A DNA stretch of 64,000 nucleotides, from assembly GCA_039679675.1 (NCBI GenBank), contig JBDKUN010000042.1, positions 1 through 64,000 on the forward strand. The letters are read 5' to 3'. This DNA comes from Armatimonadota bacterium. Its GTDB lineage: Bacteria; Armatimonadota; UBA5829; DTLH01. Shown here piece after piece: positions 38,850 through 49,202 of this stretch. The notes beneath the pieces are model-generated. The model ran no database searches. It saw only the letters and a program-made list of their open reading frames with translations, and had not been told where the DNA came from. The translations under genes were made by a program, and so were the position numbers. How positions within the stretch are numbered: the stretch's first letter is position 1; the number at the start of each line of letters is the position of its first letter.

Positions 38850-39934
38850 TGGCAAGATCTAAAGTCGCAGTTTTGAAAACAAGTCCCGAAACAGTGGTAG
38901 AAGACTATGGCCGGCTGATGAAGATGGCGGATTTCGAAGACCACCTGCCCAAGGACAAAGATACTATCCTCAAGATTAACATATCTTGGCATTATTACTA
39001 TCCGGCTTGCTCCACAACACCATGGCAGTTCGATGGCATAACTAAAGCTCTTCGAGATGCAGGATACGGTAAACTGATCCCCGCGCAAAACCGGACAGTA
39101 GTCGTAGACCCCAAAGTAGGCGCTAAAAACAATCATCTCGAATCGGTCATCGAAAAACACGGCCTTGAGTTCGTTTACCTCTATGAGGACGGATCAGAAT
39201 GGATCAAATACGAGCCCAAGGCAAAGATGCTTGTGCTCGACAAGGTATTCCCTGACGGGATTATGATCCCCAAGCTGTTTCTGGATAAGAATGCCATTCA
39301 CATGCCGACACTCAAAACGCATGTTTTCACCACAATGACAGGCGCTATGAAGAATGCCTTCGGTGGGCTTCTTCGCGAAAACAGGCACTGGACGCATTCA
39401 GTGATCCATGAGACACTCGTGGACCTGCTCGCCATTCAAAAAGAGATCCACCCCGGCATATTCGCGGTCACGGACGGGACCATCGCAGGCGACGGACCGG
39501 GACCGAGAGCGATGGTGCCGATCATCAAGAACTATATACTGGCAAGCGCCGATCAAGTCGCAATCGATGCAGTTGCGGCCAAGATGATGGGATTCGACCC
39601 AATGTCTCTCAAGTTCATCAGGCTGGCGCATGAGCATGGGCTTGGAACCGGAGACGTTAAAGAGATCGAAGTCGTCGGTGAAGATATTTCCGAAGTGAAC
39701 TTCCATTTCCATGAGAAACAGGAAACTTTTGCGTCACGCGGACAGAAATTGATATATCACGGCCCGCTGAAACCGCTTGAGAATATACTCCTTCGCAGCT
39801 GCATCGCGCCATGGTCGTATTACGCATCCAGGCTTTATTATGATGGATACTGGTACCGATGCATCGGTAAAGGCAGAGTGAAAAAGATTCTTCAGACTGA
39901 ATGGGGCAAACTATTTGAAAGTTATGGGAGATGA
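38849..39934 (+). CDS. DUF362 domain protein
   Basis: ILKIN, P-LKTH-T-TGAMKN-FG, DGT-G-GP, DQVAID motifs. Confidence 0.88.
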   Translation: MARSKVAVLKTSPETVVEDYGRLMKMADFEDHLPKDKDTILKINISWHYYYPACSTTPWQFDGITKALRDAGYGKLIPAQNRTVVVDPKVGAKNNHLESVIEKHGLEFVYLYEDGSEWIKYEPKAKMLVLDKVFPDGIMIPKLFLDKNAIHMPTLKTHVFTTMTGAMKNAFGGLLRENRHWTHSVIHETLVDLLAIQKEIHPGIFAVTDGTIAGDGPGPRAMVPIIKNYILASADQVAIDAVAAKMMGFDPMSLKFIRLAHEHGLGTGDVKEIEVVGEDISEVNFHFHEKQETFASRGQKLIYHGPLKPLENILLRSCIAPWSYYASRLYYDGYWYRCIGKGRVKKILQTEWGKLFESYGR

Positions 39935-41658
39935 CGAAGTTGATCGGACAAGTGGTCAACTACAGATACGAAATTCTCGAAAAGAGCGGAGACGGTAGCT
40001 TTTTCTCGGTATACAGAGCCAGAGATAAGGTGCTAAACCGGCTCGTCGCCGTTAAAACAATGGTCCCGCAGTATTCTCAAAACCGCGAATTTGCCGAGCG
40101 GATGATTGAGGAAACCCAGATGGTGTCAGACCTCAATCATCCGAATATCGCCAAGGTGCTTGAGGCAGATAATGACAACGGAACCTACTTCACGGCTGTC
40201 GAGTATGTGCGGGGCATAAACTTAAAGGAGAGGATCCGCCGCACGGCTCCTTTCACCATCTCCTATGCTGTCGATATAGCCGTCGCGGTCGGCTCCGCAC
40301 TGGAATATGCGCACCGGCAGGGAGTGGTCCACGGAGATGTCCGGCCCCAAAACATCCTCACTAACCCTGAAGGCCAGGTAAAGCTGACGGATTTCGGCAC
40401 AGCCAGGGCACTTTCTGCTTTTCCTGCGATAAGAGAGGCCGTAATGCTGCGTTCAGTGCATTATATGTCTCCTGAAGTAATACGCGGCGAGGCTCCAGAG
40501 CCGGCAAGTGATGTGTATTCACTGGGCGTAGTGCTATACGAGATGCTGACAGGCTCGGTTCCGTTCGATGCCGCAACATCTGCAGCCATCGCAGCCAGAA
40601 CGCTGCAGGACCCGGTCCCCTCACCCCATGTAATGAACGCCGGTGTACCGGCGATCCTTAACGAGATCGTCATGAAGGCAATGCACAAAGACCCGTCCCA
40701 GCGGTTCGAAAGCGCGGCAGATTTTGTATCCGCACTTATGAAAGTCAAGGATTGGCTGCGAACGGGATATATTCTGTCGGCACCTGAACACCCGAAGGCT
40801 GAATCGGCAGAAGAATTGATTTACGAGACCGATGAAAAATCCCAGAGCTTCTTCAAGACTACGGCTGTCTGGCTGCTTGCGGTATTTGTCGTCGCTATAG
40901 TCACCGCCGGGTTAGTGGCATGGCTGTTCGGGGAGAAGCAGACCCTGCCGGTTCCAGATCTGATAGGAAAGACTTTGGAACAGGCAAGAGAGATTGCCGG
41001 AAGGACAGGACTCGAGATAAAAGATAACGATGTTCACCAGGAATATAATAATGAAGCAGACAAAGGGTTGGTCTATGCTATGAGCCCACGGCAGGGCGGC
41101 ACTGTTTCAAAAGAACAACCGTTCATCCAGGTATGGATCAGTAAAGGGCCTCAACTCGTGGAAGTACCGAGTGTTGTAGGGCTGACAATTGATGAAGCTG
41201 AAAGTAAAATAAACAATGCCGGGTTAGTAGTCAAGCGTCTGACCTCGGAATACAGCGATACGGTACCGTCTGATCACATTATCCGGCAATCCCCTACTTC
41301 CGGTGAGAATTTAGAACCCATGAAGGAAGTAAACATCGTTTTGAGCCTCGGAAAAAATCCGATGGAAACAGATCAGACTACCAGTGACGATACATCCGGC
41401 GCCAACGATACGAACTCACAACCCAGGTCATTCCTGGTAAAGGTTCAGGTTCCCAGTGATGCCACCGAGCCGCAGCAGGTGCGGATAGTCGTCATCGACG
41501 ATAACGGCGAAAATGAGGCTTACAACGAATATCACGATCCAGGTGACAGCTTTACACAGGAAGTTACTGGTACCGGTGACAAGATACGTGTGAAAGTATA
41601 CGTCGGAGATGAGCTACTGAAAGACGAAGTCCATAGCAGCAGAGGCCGAAGACGATAG
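39931..41658 (+). CDS. PASTA-domain Ser/Thr protein kinase (PrkC/PknB-like), non-RD variant
   Basis: VAVK, HPNI, HGDVRPQN, DFG, YMSPE, SDVYSLG, then TM and two PASTA repeats (VPDLIG, VPSVVG). Confidence 0.9.
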   Translation: MTKLIGQVVNYRYEILEKSGDGSFFSVYRARDKVLNRLVAVKTMVPQYSQNREFAERMIEETQMVSDLNHPNIAKVLEADNDNGTYFTAVEYVRGINLKERIRRTAPFTISYAVDIAVAVGSALEYAHRQGVVHGDVRPQNILTNPEGQVKLTDFGTARALSAFPAIREAVMLRSVHYMSPEVIRGEAPEPASDVYSLGVVLYEMLTGSVPFDAATSAAIAARTLQDPVPSPHVMNAGVPAILNEIVMKAMHKDPSQRFESAADFVSALMKVKDWLRTGYILSAPEHPKAESAEELIYETDEKSQSFFKTTAVWLLAVFVVAIVTAGLVAWLFGEKQTLPVPDLIGKTLEQAREIAGRTGLEIKDNDVHQEYNNEADKGLVYAMSPRQGGTVSKEQPFIQVWISKGPQLVEVPSVVGLTIDEAESKINNAGLVVKRLTSEYSDTVPSDHIIRQSPTSGENLEPMKEVNIVLSLGKNPMETDQTTSDDTSGANDTNSQPRSFLVKVQVPSDATEPQQVRIVVIDDNGENEAYNEYHDPGDSFTQEVTGTGDKIRVKVYVGDELLKDEVHSSRGRRR

Positions 41659-41712
41659 CCTTTGATATTCACCTCTGTGTGAGTATCACAAAATAGAATT
41701 GGTGACGGAATT

Positions 41713-42393
41713 TTGGAAATTAATATTGCACCATCGCTTCTATCCGCTGATTTTGCGGACCTGACAGACGCTCTGCGCCAGGCAGAGGCCGGAGGAGCGA
41801 AATATTTACATTTCGACATAATGGACGGTCATTTTGTCCCGAATATTACGTTCGGGCCATTGGTCGTACGGGCACTCAGGCCGCTTACAAAGATAAATTT
41901 TGATGTGCACCTTATGATCTACGGCGCGGAGCACTACATTGAGGAATTTGCCGGCGCAGGAGCTGATTTAATCACCGTTCATGCCGAGGCTTGCCCTCAT
42001 CTGCACCGTGTAATCCAGCAGATCAAAGCCGCTGGAGCGAGTCCGGGTGTCGCTCTTAATCCGGCTACTCCCCTATCAGCCATCGAGCACGTAATCGAGG
42101 ACGTCGATCTTGTTCTAGTGATGACTGTCAATCCCGGATTCGGCGGACAGAAGTTCATTGAGTCGATGCTGCCCAAGATCAGCCAGGCCAGGGAATTGGT
42201 TGATAAGACAGGCCGAAAGATAGACATCGAAGTCGACGGCGGGGTGGATTTGAACACATGCCGAAAGGTAACAGCGGCAGGCGCTAACCTGCTCGTGGCC
42301 GGAAATTCCGTCTATAATAACCATCTTGGGATTTCAGAGGCCGTGCGTTTGTTGAAAGCCGAAGCCGAGAGTGTAATGTCTAGGGGGCGGTGA
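41713..42393 (+). CDS. rpe: Ribulose-phosphate 3-epimerase
   Basis: IAPSLLSADF, H-DIMDGHFVPN, MTVNPGFGGQ, VDGG. Confidence 0.97.
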   Translation: MEINIAPSLLSADFADLTDALRQAEAGGAKYLHFDIMDGHFVPNITFGPLVVRALRPLTKINFDVHLMIYGAEHYIEEFAGAGADLITVHAEACPHLHRVIQQIKAAGASPGVALNPATPLSAIEHVIEDVDLVLVMTVNPGFGGQKFIESMLPKISQARELVDKTGRKIDIEVDGGVDLNTCRKVTAAGANLLVAGNSVYNNHLGISEAVRLLKAEAESVMSRGR

Positions 42394-42400
42394 GCTTGAA

Positions 42401-42751
42401 ATGATCATCAGGGTCATCATTTATGTAGCGATTGCCGTAATAGCGATTGCGATCCTCGCGGAGGTTCGCAGGTGGATAAAAGGCTCGCGTCTGATCAGCA
42501 AGTCGCAGAAAGCCTACAGGCTTTCTGCTGCAATATCGCTTGAAGCTCTTCTTCTTATGTTTCTATTCGGCAAGTCAATCTCCGGCTGCAACCCGCTGTT
42601 TCAGATCAGCTACTGGAGCACCGCAACGGCACTCACCTTTATTGTGGTGGTTCTCGGTCTGCTTGACGTAAAAGCTACGCTCGTCACCTTCCAGGAACAG
42701 CGTCGAGAGATGTTCAGCGACCTGATCGGCAGGGAAAAACGAAAAGAATAG
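42401..42751 (+). CDS. Hypothetical 3-TM membrane protein
   Basis: 116-aa hydrophobic ORF tightly packed in the operon. Confidence 0.7.
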   Translation: MIIRVIIYVAIAVIAIAILAEVRRWIKGSRLISKSQKAYRLSAAISLEALLLMFLFGKSISGCNPLFQISYWSTATALTFIVVVLGLLDVKATLVTFQEQRREMFSDLIGREKRKE

Positions 42752-42753
42752 GC

Positions 42754-43839
42754 ATGGAAGTTTTTATGAAACGGGCGCTCGCGCTCGCGCGGCGTGGAAA
42801 TACCAGCCCGAACCCAATGGTCGGCGCTGTCGTCGTTAAGGACGGCGTAATAGTTGGTGAAGGCTATCATAAACGCGCTGGAGAGCCTCATGCCGAGGTT
42901 ATCGCGCTTCGTAATGCAGGCGAATTGGCTTCCGGTGCCGATCTTTACGTAACACTTGAGCCATGCTGCCACTTTGGGAAGACCCCGCCCTGCACAAAAG
43001 CCGTTATAAAAGCCGGAATAAAATCCGTTACCGCTGCAATGGTCGACCCGAACCCTAAAGTAGCAGGGAAAGGGCTTGCGGAGCTCGAAGCCGCAGGGAT
43101 ACATACCCGCGTCGGGGTTCTCGAAGAAGAAGCGCGTAAGCTGAATGAGGTTTTTATCAAGTTTATTACGACTGGGCTGCCGTTCGTCACTCTGAAGCTC
43201 GCAATGACGCTCGACGGCAAGATCGCTACCTGTACCGGCGACTCTAAATGGATCAGTTCCGATGAATCTCGACGAATCGTCCACCGGTTAAGGGAACGAA
43301 CAGATGCAGTTTTGGTCGGAATCGGGACCGTGCTTGCCGATAATCCCGAACTTACAGCGCGAAACGGAGCGCGGAGGGCCTATCCTGCCAGAGTCGTAGT
43401 CGACAGTTCTGCAAGAACTCCTGTCAATGCAAAACTCTTCTCGCAGCCGAGTGGTGAGACAATAATTGCTGTTTGTGATGGAACTGCTGAGGCTAATTCA
43501 CTGAAACTAAAGCAAGCTGGCGCGCGTATAATAAAAGTAGGCGGCGAAGCAGAAGAGGTAAGTCTCCCTGCTCTGATACAGGAGCTTGGGCGTATGCAAA
43601 AGACAAGCGTGCTGATCGAAGGCGGAGGAAGAATCGCCGCAAGCGCCCTTTCTTCCGGCATTGTAGATAAAATTTTGGTGTTCATTGCGCCTAAGATAGT
43701 AGGCGGAGAATCAGCCTTGACTCCGGTAGAGGGGCCCGGCATTGCAGCCATGGCTGATGCACTCCGGCTCAAGAATATGAGTGTAAAGAAGGTCGGGTGC
43801 GACCTTATGATTGAGGCATATCCGTGTTCACAGGGTTAG
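42754..43839 (+). CDS. ribD: Bifunctional riboflavin deaminase/reductase
   Basis: PNPMVG, HAE, TLEPCCH-G-TPPC, LDGKIA, IEGGG. Confidence 0.97.
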   Translation: MEVFMKRALALARRGNTSPNPMVGAVVVKDGVIVGEGYHKRAGEPHAEVIALRNAGELASGADLYVTLEPCCHFGKTPPCTKAVIKAGIKSVTAAMVDPNPKVAGKGLAELEAAGIHTRVGVLEEEARKLNEVFIKFITTGLPFVTLKLAMTLDGKIATCTGDSKWISSDESRRIVHRLRERTDAVLVGIGTVLADNPELTARNGARRAYPARVVVDSSARTPVNAKLFSQPSGETIIAVCDGTAEANSLKLKQAGARIIKVGGEAEEVSLPALIQELGRMQKTSVLIEGGGRIAASALSSGIVDKILVFIAPKIVGGESALTPVEGPGIAAMADALRLKNMSVKKVGCDLMIEAYPCSQG

Positions 43840-44468
43840 TTGAAGAAATAGGCACAGTCAGATCGATAACGCGAGGAGCGGGAGCAGAGCTTCGGATCGC
43901 GACGCATGTCGTATCTGACGGCGCAAAAATCGGCGACAGTATCGCGATAAACGGCACCTGCTTGACGGTCACTAAGATTACGGGAAACGAACTGAGTTTC
44001 GATGCAGTCGAGGAGACACTCAGCAGAAGCAGTCTGGGAAGTCTGAAACCGGGCGATGCAGTGAACATGGAGCGCTCCGTATCTGCAGACCGGCTATTCG
44101 GCGGGCACTTTGTTTTGGGACACGTGGACGGGCTCGGCACAATTCAGAGTTTCGATAAGAAACCGGGTGAGACTACGCTTATTATAAAAGCCCCTGAAGA
44201 AGTGATGCGGTACGTCGTCACTAAGGGGTCGATCGCGATAGACGGAATAAGCCTTACAGTGGCATCCTGCACAGAAGACGGGTTCAGAGTGGCGGTGATC
44301 CCGCATACATTTGCAAACACCACACTCGCGTCCAAGCGTGCGGGAGACACGGTAAATCTCGAAACAGATATACTTGGTAAATACGTAGAAAAGTTCATCT
44401 CCGGTCGGTCGCAGAAACGAAGTATTACAGAGCAGTTTCTGGCCGATTCGGGTTTTTTGGAGGGTTAA
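43824..44468 (+). CDS. ribE: Riboflavin synthase (alpha chain)
   Basis: MFTGLVEE, GDSIAINGTCLT, GHVDG, VNLETD. GTG start. Confidence 0.96.
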   Translation: MFTGLVEEIGTVRSITRGAGAELRIATHVVSDGAKIGDSIAINGTCLTVTKITGNELSFDAVEETLSRSSLGSLKPGDAVNMERSVSADRLFGGHFVLGHVDGLGTIQSFDKKPGETTLIIKAPEEVMRYVVTKGSIAIDGISLTVASCTEDGFRVAVIPHTFANTTLASKRAGDTVNLETDILGKYVEKFISGRSQKRSITEQFLADSGFLEG

Positions 44469-44471
44469 CAG

Positions 44472-45680
44472 TTGTCGGAAGAGTTCCAGTTCAGCGCCAT
44501 ACCAGAGGTGCTTGAAGATATCAAGGCTGGTAAGATGGTCATTGTCGTCGATGATGAGGACCGCGAAAACGAAGGCGATTTCATTATGGCAGCCGAAAAG
44601 GTCACGCCGGAATCGATTAACTTCATGGCAAAATACGGCCGGGGGTTGATATGTGTTCCAATGACCGGCACAACTGCACAGCGGCTGGATCTCAACATGA
44701 TGACAGAGCACAACACGTCCAAGCACACGACAGCGTTTACGGTGAGTGTGGACGCCGCTAAGGGCACTACGACGGGAATATCGGCCTATGACCGCGCAGT
44801 TACGATCAAGAGGCTTTCCGACCCTGATTCCGTGCCCCATGACTTCTGTCGCCCTGGGCATATCTTCCCCCTCATAGCAGAGGACGGCGGCGTGCTGGTC
44901 CGCGCAGGGCATACTGAAGCCGTAATCGATCTTACCAAGATGGCTGGGCTCTCCCAGACAGGCATACTCTGTGAGATCATGAGCGATGACGGTACGATGG
45001 CACGGGTTCCTGAGCTTATGAAGATAGCAAAGCAGCACGGATTGAAGATCGTTACAATCGCAAGCTTGATTAAATACAGAAGGCAGCATGAGAAGCTGAT
45101 AAAAAGGTTCGCTACGACCATAATCCCAACTGAATACGGCGAATTCACTACCTACGGCTACGAAACGACTGTCGAAGCAAATCCGTATATTGCGATGGTT
45201 ATGGGCGACATTACCGACGGCGAGCCTACGCTGGTTAGGATTCATTCAGGGTGTCTTACTGGTGATGTGCTCCATTCCCTCAGGTGTGACTGCGGCCAAC
45301 AGCTTGAGCTTGCTATGAAGAAGATTTCAGCGGAAGGTAAGGGAGTAATCCTTTACATTTATCACCACGAGGGACGCGGCATCGGGCTTGTAAACAAGCT
45401 GAAAGCTTACGCGCTGCAGGACCACGGCGCGGATACAGTCGAGGCCAACGAAATGCTCGGTTTCCCGGCTGATATGAGAGATTACAGCATCGGCGCGCAG
45501 ATACTGGTCGACTTGGGGCTCAAGAAAATCCGGCTTATGACTAATAATCCGGCCAAATATGCAGGTATCAGCGGTTACGATCTGGAAATAGTAGAGCGCG
45601 TGCCCTTGATCTGCGAGCCAAACGAAGCTAACAAACGATACCTTTTGACCAAACGTGACAAAATGGGACACAAACTATAG
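44472..45680 (+). CDS. ribBA: Bifunctional DHBP synthase / GTP cyclohydrolase II
   Basis: DDEDRENEGD, RPGHIFP, GHTEA, RIHS-C-TGD-SLRCDCG, EGRGIG, TNNP. Confidence 0.97.
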   Translation: MSEEFQFSAIPEVLEDIKAGKMVIVVDDEDRENEGDFIMAAEKVTPESINFMAKYGRGLICVPMTGTTAQRLDLNMMTEHNTSKHTTAFTVSVDAAKGTTTGISAYDRAVTIKRLSDPDSVPHDFCRPGHIFPLIAEDGGVLVRAGHTEAVIDLTKMAGLSQTGILCEIMSDDGTMARVPELMKIAKQHGLKIVTIASLIKYRRQHEKLIKRFATTIIPTEYGEFTTYGYETTVEANPYIAMVMGDITDGEPTLVRIHSGCLTGDVLHSLRCDCGQQLELAMKKISAEGKGVILYIYHHEGRGIGLVNKLKAYALQDHGADTVEANEMLGFPADMRDYSIGAQILVDLGLKKIRLMTNNPAKYAGISGYDLEIVERVPLICEPNEANKRYLLTKRDKMGHKL

Positions 45681-45741
45681 AGCTATCAGCCCCCAGCAAA
45701 AAAGCAAAACACTGAAAGCAGATAAATGATAGCTGATAGTT
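45679..45741. repeat. REP-like GCTATCAGC/GCTGATAG palindromic spacer
   Basis: AGCTATCAGC ... TGATAGCTGATAG inverted heptad repeats between ribBA and ribH. Confidence 0.5.
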
Positions 45742-45756
45742 AAAAAGGAGGTTATG

Positions 45757-46224
45757 ATGCCGAAGTTATATGAAGGAAAGCTGATTGCGGCTGATCTGAA
45801 GTTTGGGATCGTCATAAGCCGGTTTAATGAGTTCATTACCAGCAAATTGCTGGATGGAGCGCTCGATGCGCTTATCCGCCATGGCGCTGAGGATAAAAAC
45901 ATAGAGGTGGCATGGGTTCCGGGGACCTTTGAGATCCCGCTTATCGCACAAAAGATGGCTGGGTCCAAAAAATATGACGCCGTCATCTGCCTGGGAGCGC
46001 TCATCCGTGGCTCTACACCCCATTTCGACTATATCGCAGCCGAAGCATCGAAGGGCATAGCGCAGGTCGGGCTTGTAACGGGAATCCCGGTCATATTCGG
46101 GGTCATCACAACCGACAACATCGAGCAGGCTATCGAAAGAGCCGGAACCAAGGCCGGTAATAAGGGTGCTTCTGCAGCCGAAGCGGCAATCGAGATGGCT
46201 AATCTGGTAAAATCTATAGGGTAA
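45757..46224 (+). CDS. ribH: 6,7-dimethyl-8-ribityllumazine synthase
   Basis: RFN-FI, VPG-FEIP, IRG-TPHFDY, GNKG; AAGGAGG RBS. Confidence 0.97.
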   Translation: MPKLYEGKLIAADLKFGIVISRFNEFITSKLLDGALDALIRHGAEDKNIEVAWVPGTFEIPLIAQKMAGSKKYDAVICLGALIRGSTPHFDYIAAEASKGIAQVGLVTGIPVIFGVITTDNIEQAIERAGTKAGNKGASAAEAAIEMANLVKSIG

Positions 46225-46266
46225 TGCAAAGGCTCTAAGCTTCAAGATAGTAGAGGAACGCGCACT

Positions 46267-47394
46267 ATGAAAAAACTGATAAATTATGTGCTTGTCTTTA
46301 TTCTGGGGTTTGCCGTATGCGCAGCCATATTCAAATGGTCTGCGAAAAGCGCTGATATATCGACTGTAAACATCCCCACCAGCTTTTCGCCTGCAATTGC
46401 GCGCAAAGGCGATGATTCTGTCGCTGTCGCAGCAGCCAAAGTTGAAAGATCAGTAGTCAATATAGACACCGAAGGCAAGCCCAGCGTATCACAACCGGAC
46501 TTATTCGGTTTTATGACACCGCAGGAAGTAATTCCGAAGGGACAGGCATCCGGCGTTATCATACGCAGGGATGGCTATATCCTGACGAATAACCATGTAG
46601 TCGCAAATACGAGCAAGGTCTATGTCACGCTCTGGAATAAGAAACGCTACCCGGCGAATATAATCGGGCGTGATTCCAAGAGCGACCTTGCTGTTATCAA
46701 GATTAAAGAGAACAACCTGCCTGCAGCCACGATCAATGAAGCTGAACCAAAGGTGGGCGACTGGGTTATCGCTATCGGCAATGCACTTGGTCTCGGTACA
46801 ACGGTTACGGTCGGCGTGGTAAGCGCTACGGACCGTGGGCAGCTCAATATTGAAGGTACGGTTCTGGAAAATGCAATACAGACCGACGCAGCCATAAACC
46901 GTGGAAACAGCGGCGGCGCGCTCGCAGATATAAACGGCAACATCATCGGGATCAACACGGCAATAGCATCGACAAGTCCGGGCGGAGGCAGCATCGGTAT
47001 CGGGTTCGCGATACCGAGCAAAACTGCGAAATGGGTTGCAGATCAGATCATACAGCACGGCAAAGTAGTCCGCCCATGGCTGGGTATCTCTTACATACAA
47101 GTCGATAGCTCGAACCGACAGGATCTGCAGTCTCAGATCGGGCAGGTTCCTCCTGTAGACGGCGCGATGATCAGAGAGGTTATGCAGGGAAGCCCGGCTG
47201 AAAGAGCAGGACTCGCACCGCTCGATGTTATAACGAAGATCAACGGCAAGAGCGTTACAAGTGCCAAGACTATCTCCGAGGCTGTCCAGAAGTCCAAAAT
47301 CGGCGACATTATCGACCTGACAGTATGGCATGCCAGAAATTCGAGAACAAGCCGGATCGCTGTCAGAGCCGGGGAAATGCCCGCTGGACTATGA
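46267..47394 (+). CDS. htrA: HtrA/DegP-family trypsin-like serine protease with one PDZ domain
   Basis: TNNHVV, DLAVIK, IN-GNSGG catalytic triad; C-terminal PDZ. Confidence 0.93.
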   Translation: MKKLINYVLVFILGFAVCAAIFKWSAKSADISTVNIPTSFSPAIARKGDDSVAVAAAKVERSVVNIDTEGKPSVSQPDLFGFMTPQEVIPKGQASGVIIRRDGYILTNNHVVANTSKVYVTLWNKKRYPANIIGRDSKSDLAVIKIKENNLPAATINEAEPKVGDWVIAIGNALGLGTTVTVGVVSATDRGQLNIEGTVLENAIQTDAAINRGNSGGALADINGNIIGINTAIASTSPGGGSIGIGFAIPSKTAKWVADQIIQHGKVVRPWLGISYIQVDSSNRQDLQSQIGQVPPVDGAMIREVMQGSPAERAGLAPLDVITKINGKSVTSAKTISEAVQKSKIGDIIDLTVWHARNSRTSRIAVRAGEMPAGL

Positions 47395-47951
47395 AAATAG
47401 GCGTAGTCAGCGATACACACGGTAGAATAGACACCTGGCGAAAGGTGGAAAATATCTTCGCCGGCGCGGATTTGATCGTCCACGCCGGCGATGTTCTCTA
47501 CCATCCGCCAAGGCTGGGATACACCGACGGATATGACATCCCGGCTTTAGTCGAAGCGATGAACCATTCACCTGTCCCGATAGTCATAGCGCAGGGCAAT
47601 TGTGATTCACAGGTCTACGAAGAACTGCTCGAAATGCCGGTACAGTCGCCTTACGCGACCGCTTATGTCGGCGACACCCGCATTTTGATCAATCATGGGC
47701 ACACTCTGACCCGCGAAGATATGATCCGGCTCGGAGGTTATTACAAGACCGATGTCTTCGTATCCGGCCACACACATACACCTGTGCTGGAGAAAGCCGG
47801 TTCACTCGTGTTGATGAACCCTGGCAGCCCATCGATACCAAAAATCGAGCGGGACGGCCGGATTATCGGCAGTGTCGGACTGATTACCGACACGCATATT
47901 CGTATTCTGGATATCGATACGGAAGAGATTTTGTTTGAGTTGGCGAGATAA
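47391..47951 (+). CDS. YfcE/MJ0936-family metallophosphoesterase
   Basis: SDTHG, HAGD, GNCD, HGH, GHTH, NPGS. ATGA overlap with htrA. Confidence 0.93.
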   Translation: MKIGVVSDTHGRIDTWRKVENIFAGADLIVHAGDVLYHPPRLGYTDGYDIPALVEAMNHSPVPIVIAQGNCDSQVYEELLEMPVQSPYATAYVGDTRILINHGHTLTREDMIRLGGYYKTDVFVSGHTHTPVLEKAGSLVLMNPGSPSIPKIERDGRIIGSVGLITDTHIRILDIDTEEILFELAR

Positions 47952-48011
47952 CTCCCACTATTGCAGCGCAGATAAAGAATCAGGAATATAAATTAAGCGC
48001 AAACGGATATG

Positions 48012-48425
48012 TCATTCAGTTTCCGTCTCACCGCATTCCGCCACATTCGCAGCGCATTTTGACTCTGTGGAATTCTGCTTTTTCTGTAACTGAGTTAACT
48101 CAAGTCCAAGGAGCGCATTCTGCTGTGTCAATATCCTGATTCGTTCTGCTAATTGCGATAGGATTAATGAGAAATGCAGCGCAAGCAAAGCTCCAAAAAG
48201 AAACGCAGCGATGAATAGTGCCGATGGGCCATAACTTACGCCCATGTAAGCAGATATTCTTTCCACAAGATCTCTGCGAATAGATAATGCTAGAAAAGAA
48301 ATGCCTGCAAATAACCACAAAAGAGAGTATTCTTCGCGTAGTTTTCGCTTGCGAACCAGTTCAAATATTGCAACCAATACAAAAACACTCAGAACGATTG
48401 CGATTATCTGTATTCTTAAATGCAT
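48012..48425 (-). CDS. DUF2304 family membrane protein
   Basis: RKRKLREEYSLLW and GV-Y-PS motifs with a C-terminal coiled coil; typical partner of DPM-like GT2 enzymes. Confidence 0.85.
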   Translation of the reverse strand: MHLRIQIIAIVLSVFVLVAIFELVRKRKLREEYSLLWLFAGISFLALSIRRDLVERISAYMGVSYGPSALFIAAFLFGALLALHFSLILSQLAERIRILTQQNALLGLELTQLQKKQNSTESKCAANVAECGETETE

Positions 48426-48443
48426 AGAAGCTCCCCCACCCAA

Positions 48444-49166
48444 TCAAACCTTGCCCGCTGGCTTTTCAGGAGGCCTGAAAAAACTGATAGTCAGTGCAAG
48501 CAAAACTTTTACCATATAATATGCGGATTTTATTGGAGTGATAGATGAGCGGCCTCCCTGTCTCTCCTTCATGCGAACAGGAAATTCTTTAATTCTAAAG
48601 CCATTTCGTTTCAGAGCTACAACAACTTCCACTTCAGGGTAATCGCAGGGATAATGGGCTGCAAGATATGCTATAGCCTGTGAGTTGAATGCTCTGAACC
48701 CTGAAGTGCTATCTGTGATAAGCTGTCTGGTCAGGACGTAAATGGCTATTTTGAAGATTGTTATTCCAACTCTGCGAATTCTGCTGGACCTGAAACCTTT
48801 TGGCGATAAAAACCTTGAACCAATCGCCACATCCGTGTCACCACTTACAACCGGCTCGACTATAGTTTGTATCTCGTCGGCATTATGCTGTCCGTCTCCA
48901 TCTACTTGTAAAGCTAATTCGTATCCATTGTTTTTCGCATAAATAAGGCCTGTTTGAACAGCGCCGCCGATACCCATATTGCATGGAAGCGTCACAACTG
49001 TCGCTCCAGCTTCGCCGGCAAGCCGGGCTGTATTGTCTTTTGATCCATCATTAACAACAAGTACATCCAACCCTAACGGTAGCGAAAGGAGACTCTTGAC
49101 GACATATTCTATACTCGCAGATTCGTTGTAAGCGGGAACTATCGCAAGATATCGAGACTTTACCAT
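48444..49166 (-). CDS. Glycosyltransferase family 2 (polyprenol-phosphate sugar synthase-like)
   Basis: VPAYNE, VNDGS-D, DGDGQH, IGSRF, DSTSGFR, R-GG-S. Confidence 0.93.
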   Translation of the reverse strand: MVKSRYLAIVPAYNESASIEYVVKSLLSLPLGLDVLVVNDGSKDNTARLAGEAGATVVTLPCNMGIGGAVQTGLIYAKNNGYELALQVDGDGQHNADEIQTIVEPVVSGDTDVAIGSRFLSPKGFRSSRIRRVGITIFKIAIYVLTRQLITDSTSGFRAFNSQAIAYLAAHYPCDYPEVEVVVALKRNGFRIKEFPVRMKERQGGRSSITPIKSAYYMVKVLLALTISFFRPPEKPAGKV

Positions 49167-49202
49167 ACCAGATCTATCCTTCTCCAATATAATGCATCAT
49201 AA

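Noticed and set aside
44094..47331. Long antisense ORFs (e.g. 44094-45245, 46501-47331; likewise 4617-5387, 14023-14823, 17064-17795)
   Set aside because: Shadows of well-supported genes with no recognisable motifs.
48012..49187. GT2 ORF ends in TGA in frame with the DUF2304 ORF (possible Sec readthrough fusion)
   Set aside because: The TGA is at the natural end of GT2, not at a Cys-equivalent site. DUF2304 has its own GGAG-type RBS and ATG, and no SECIS-like hairpin is evident.
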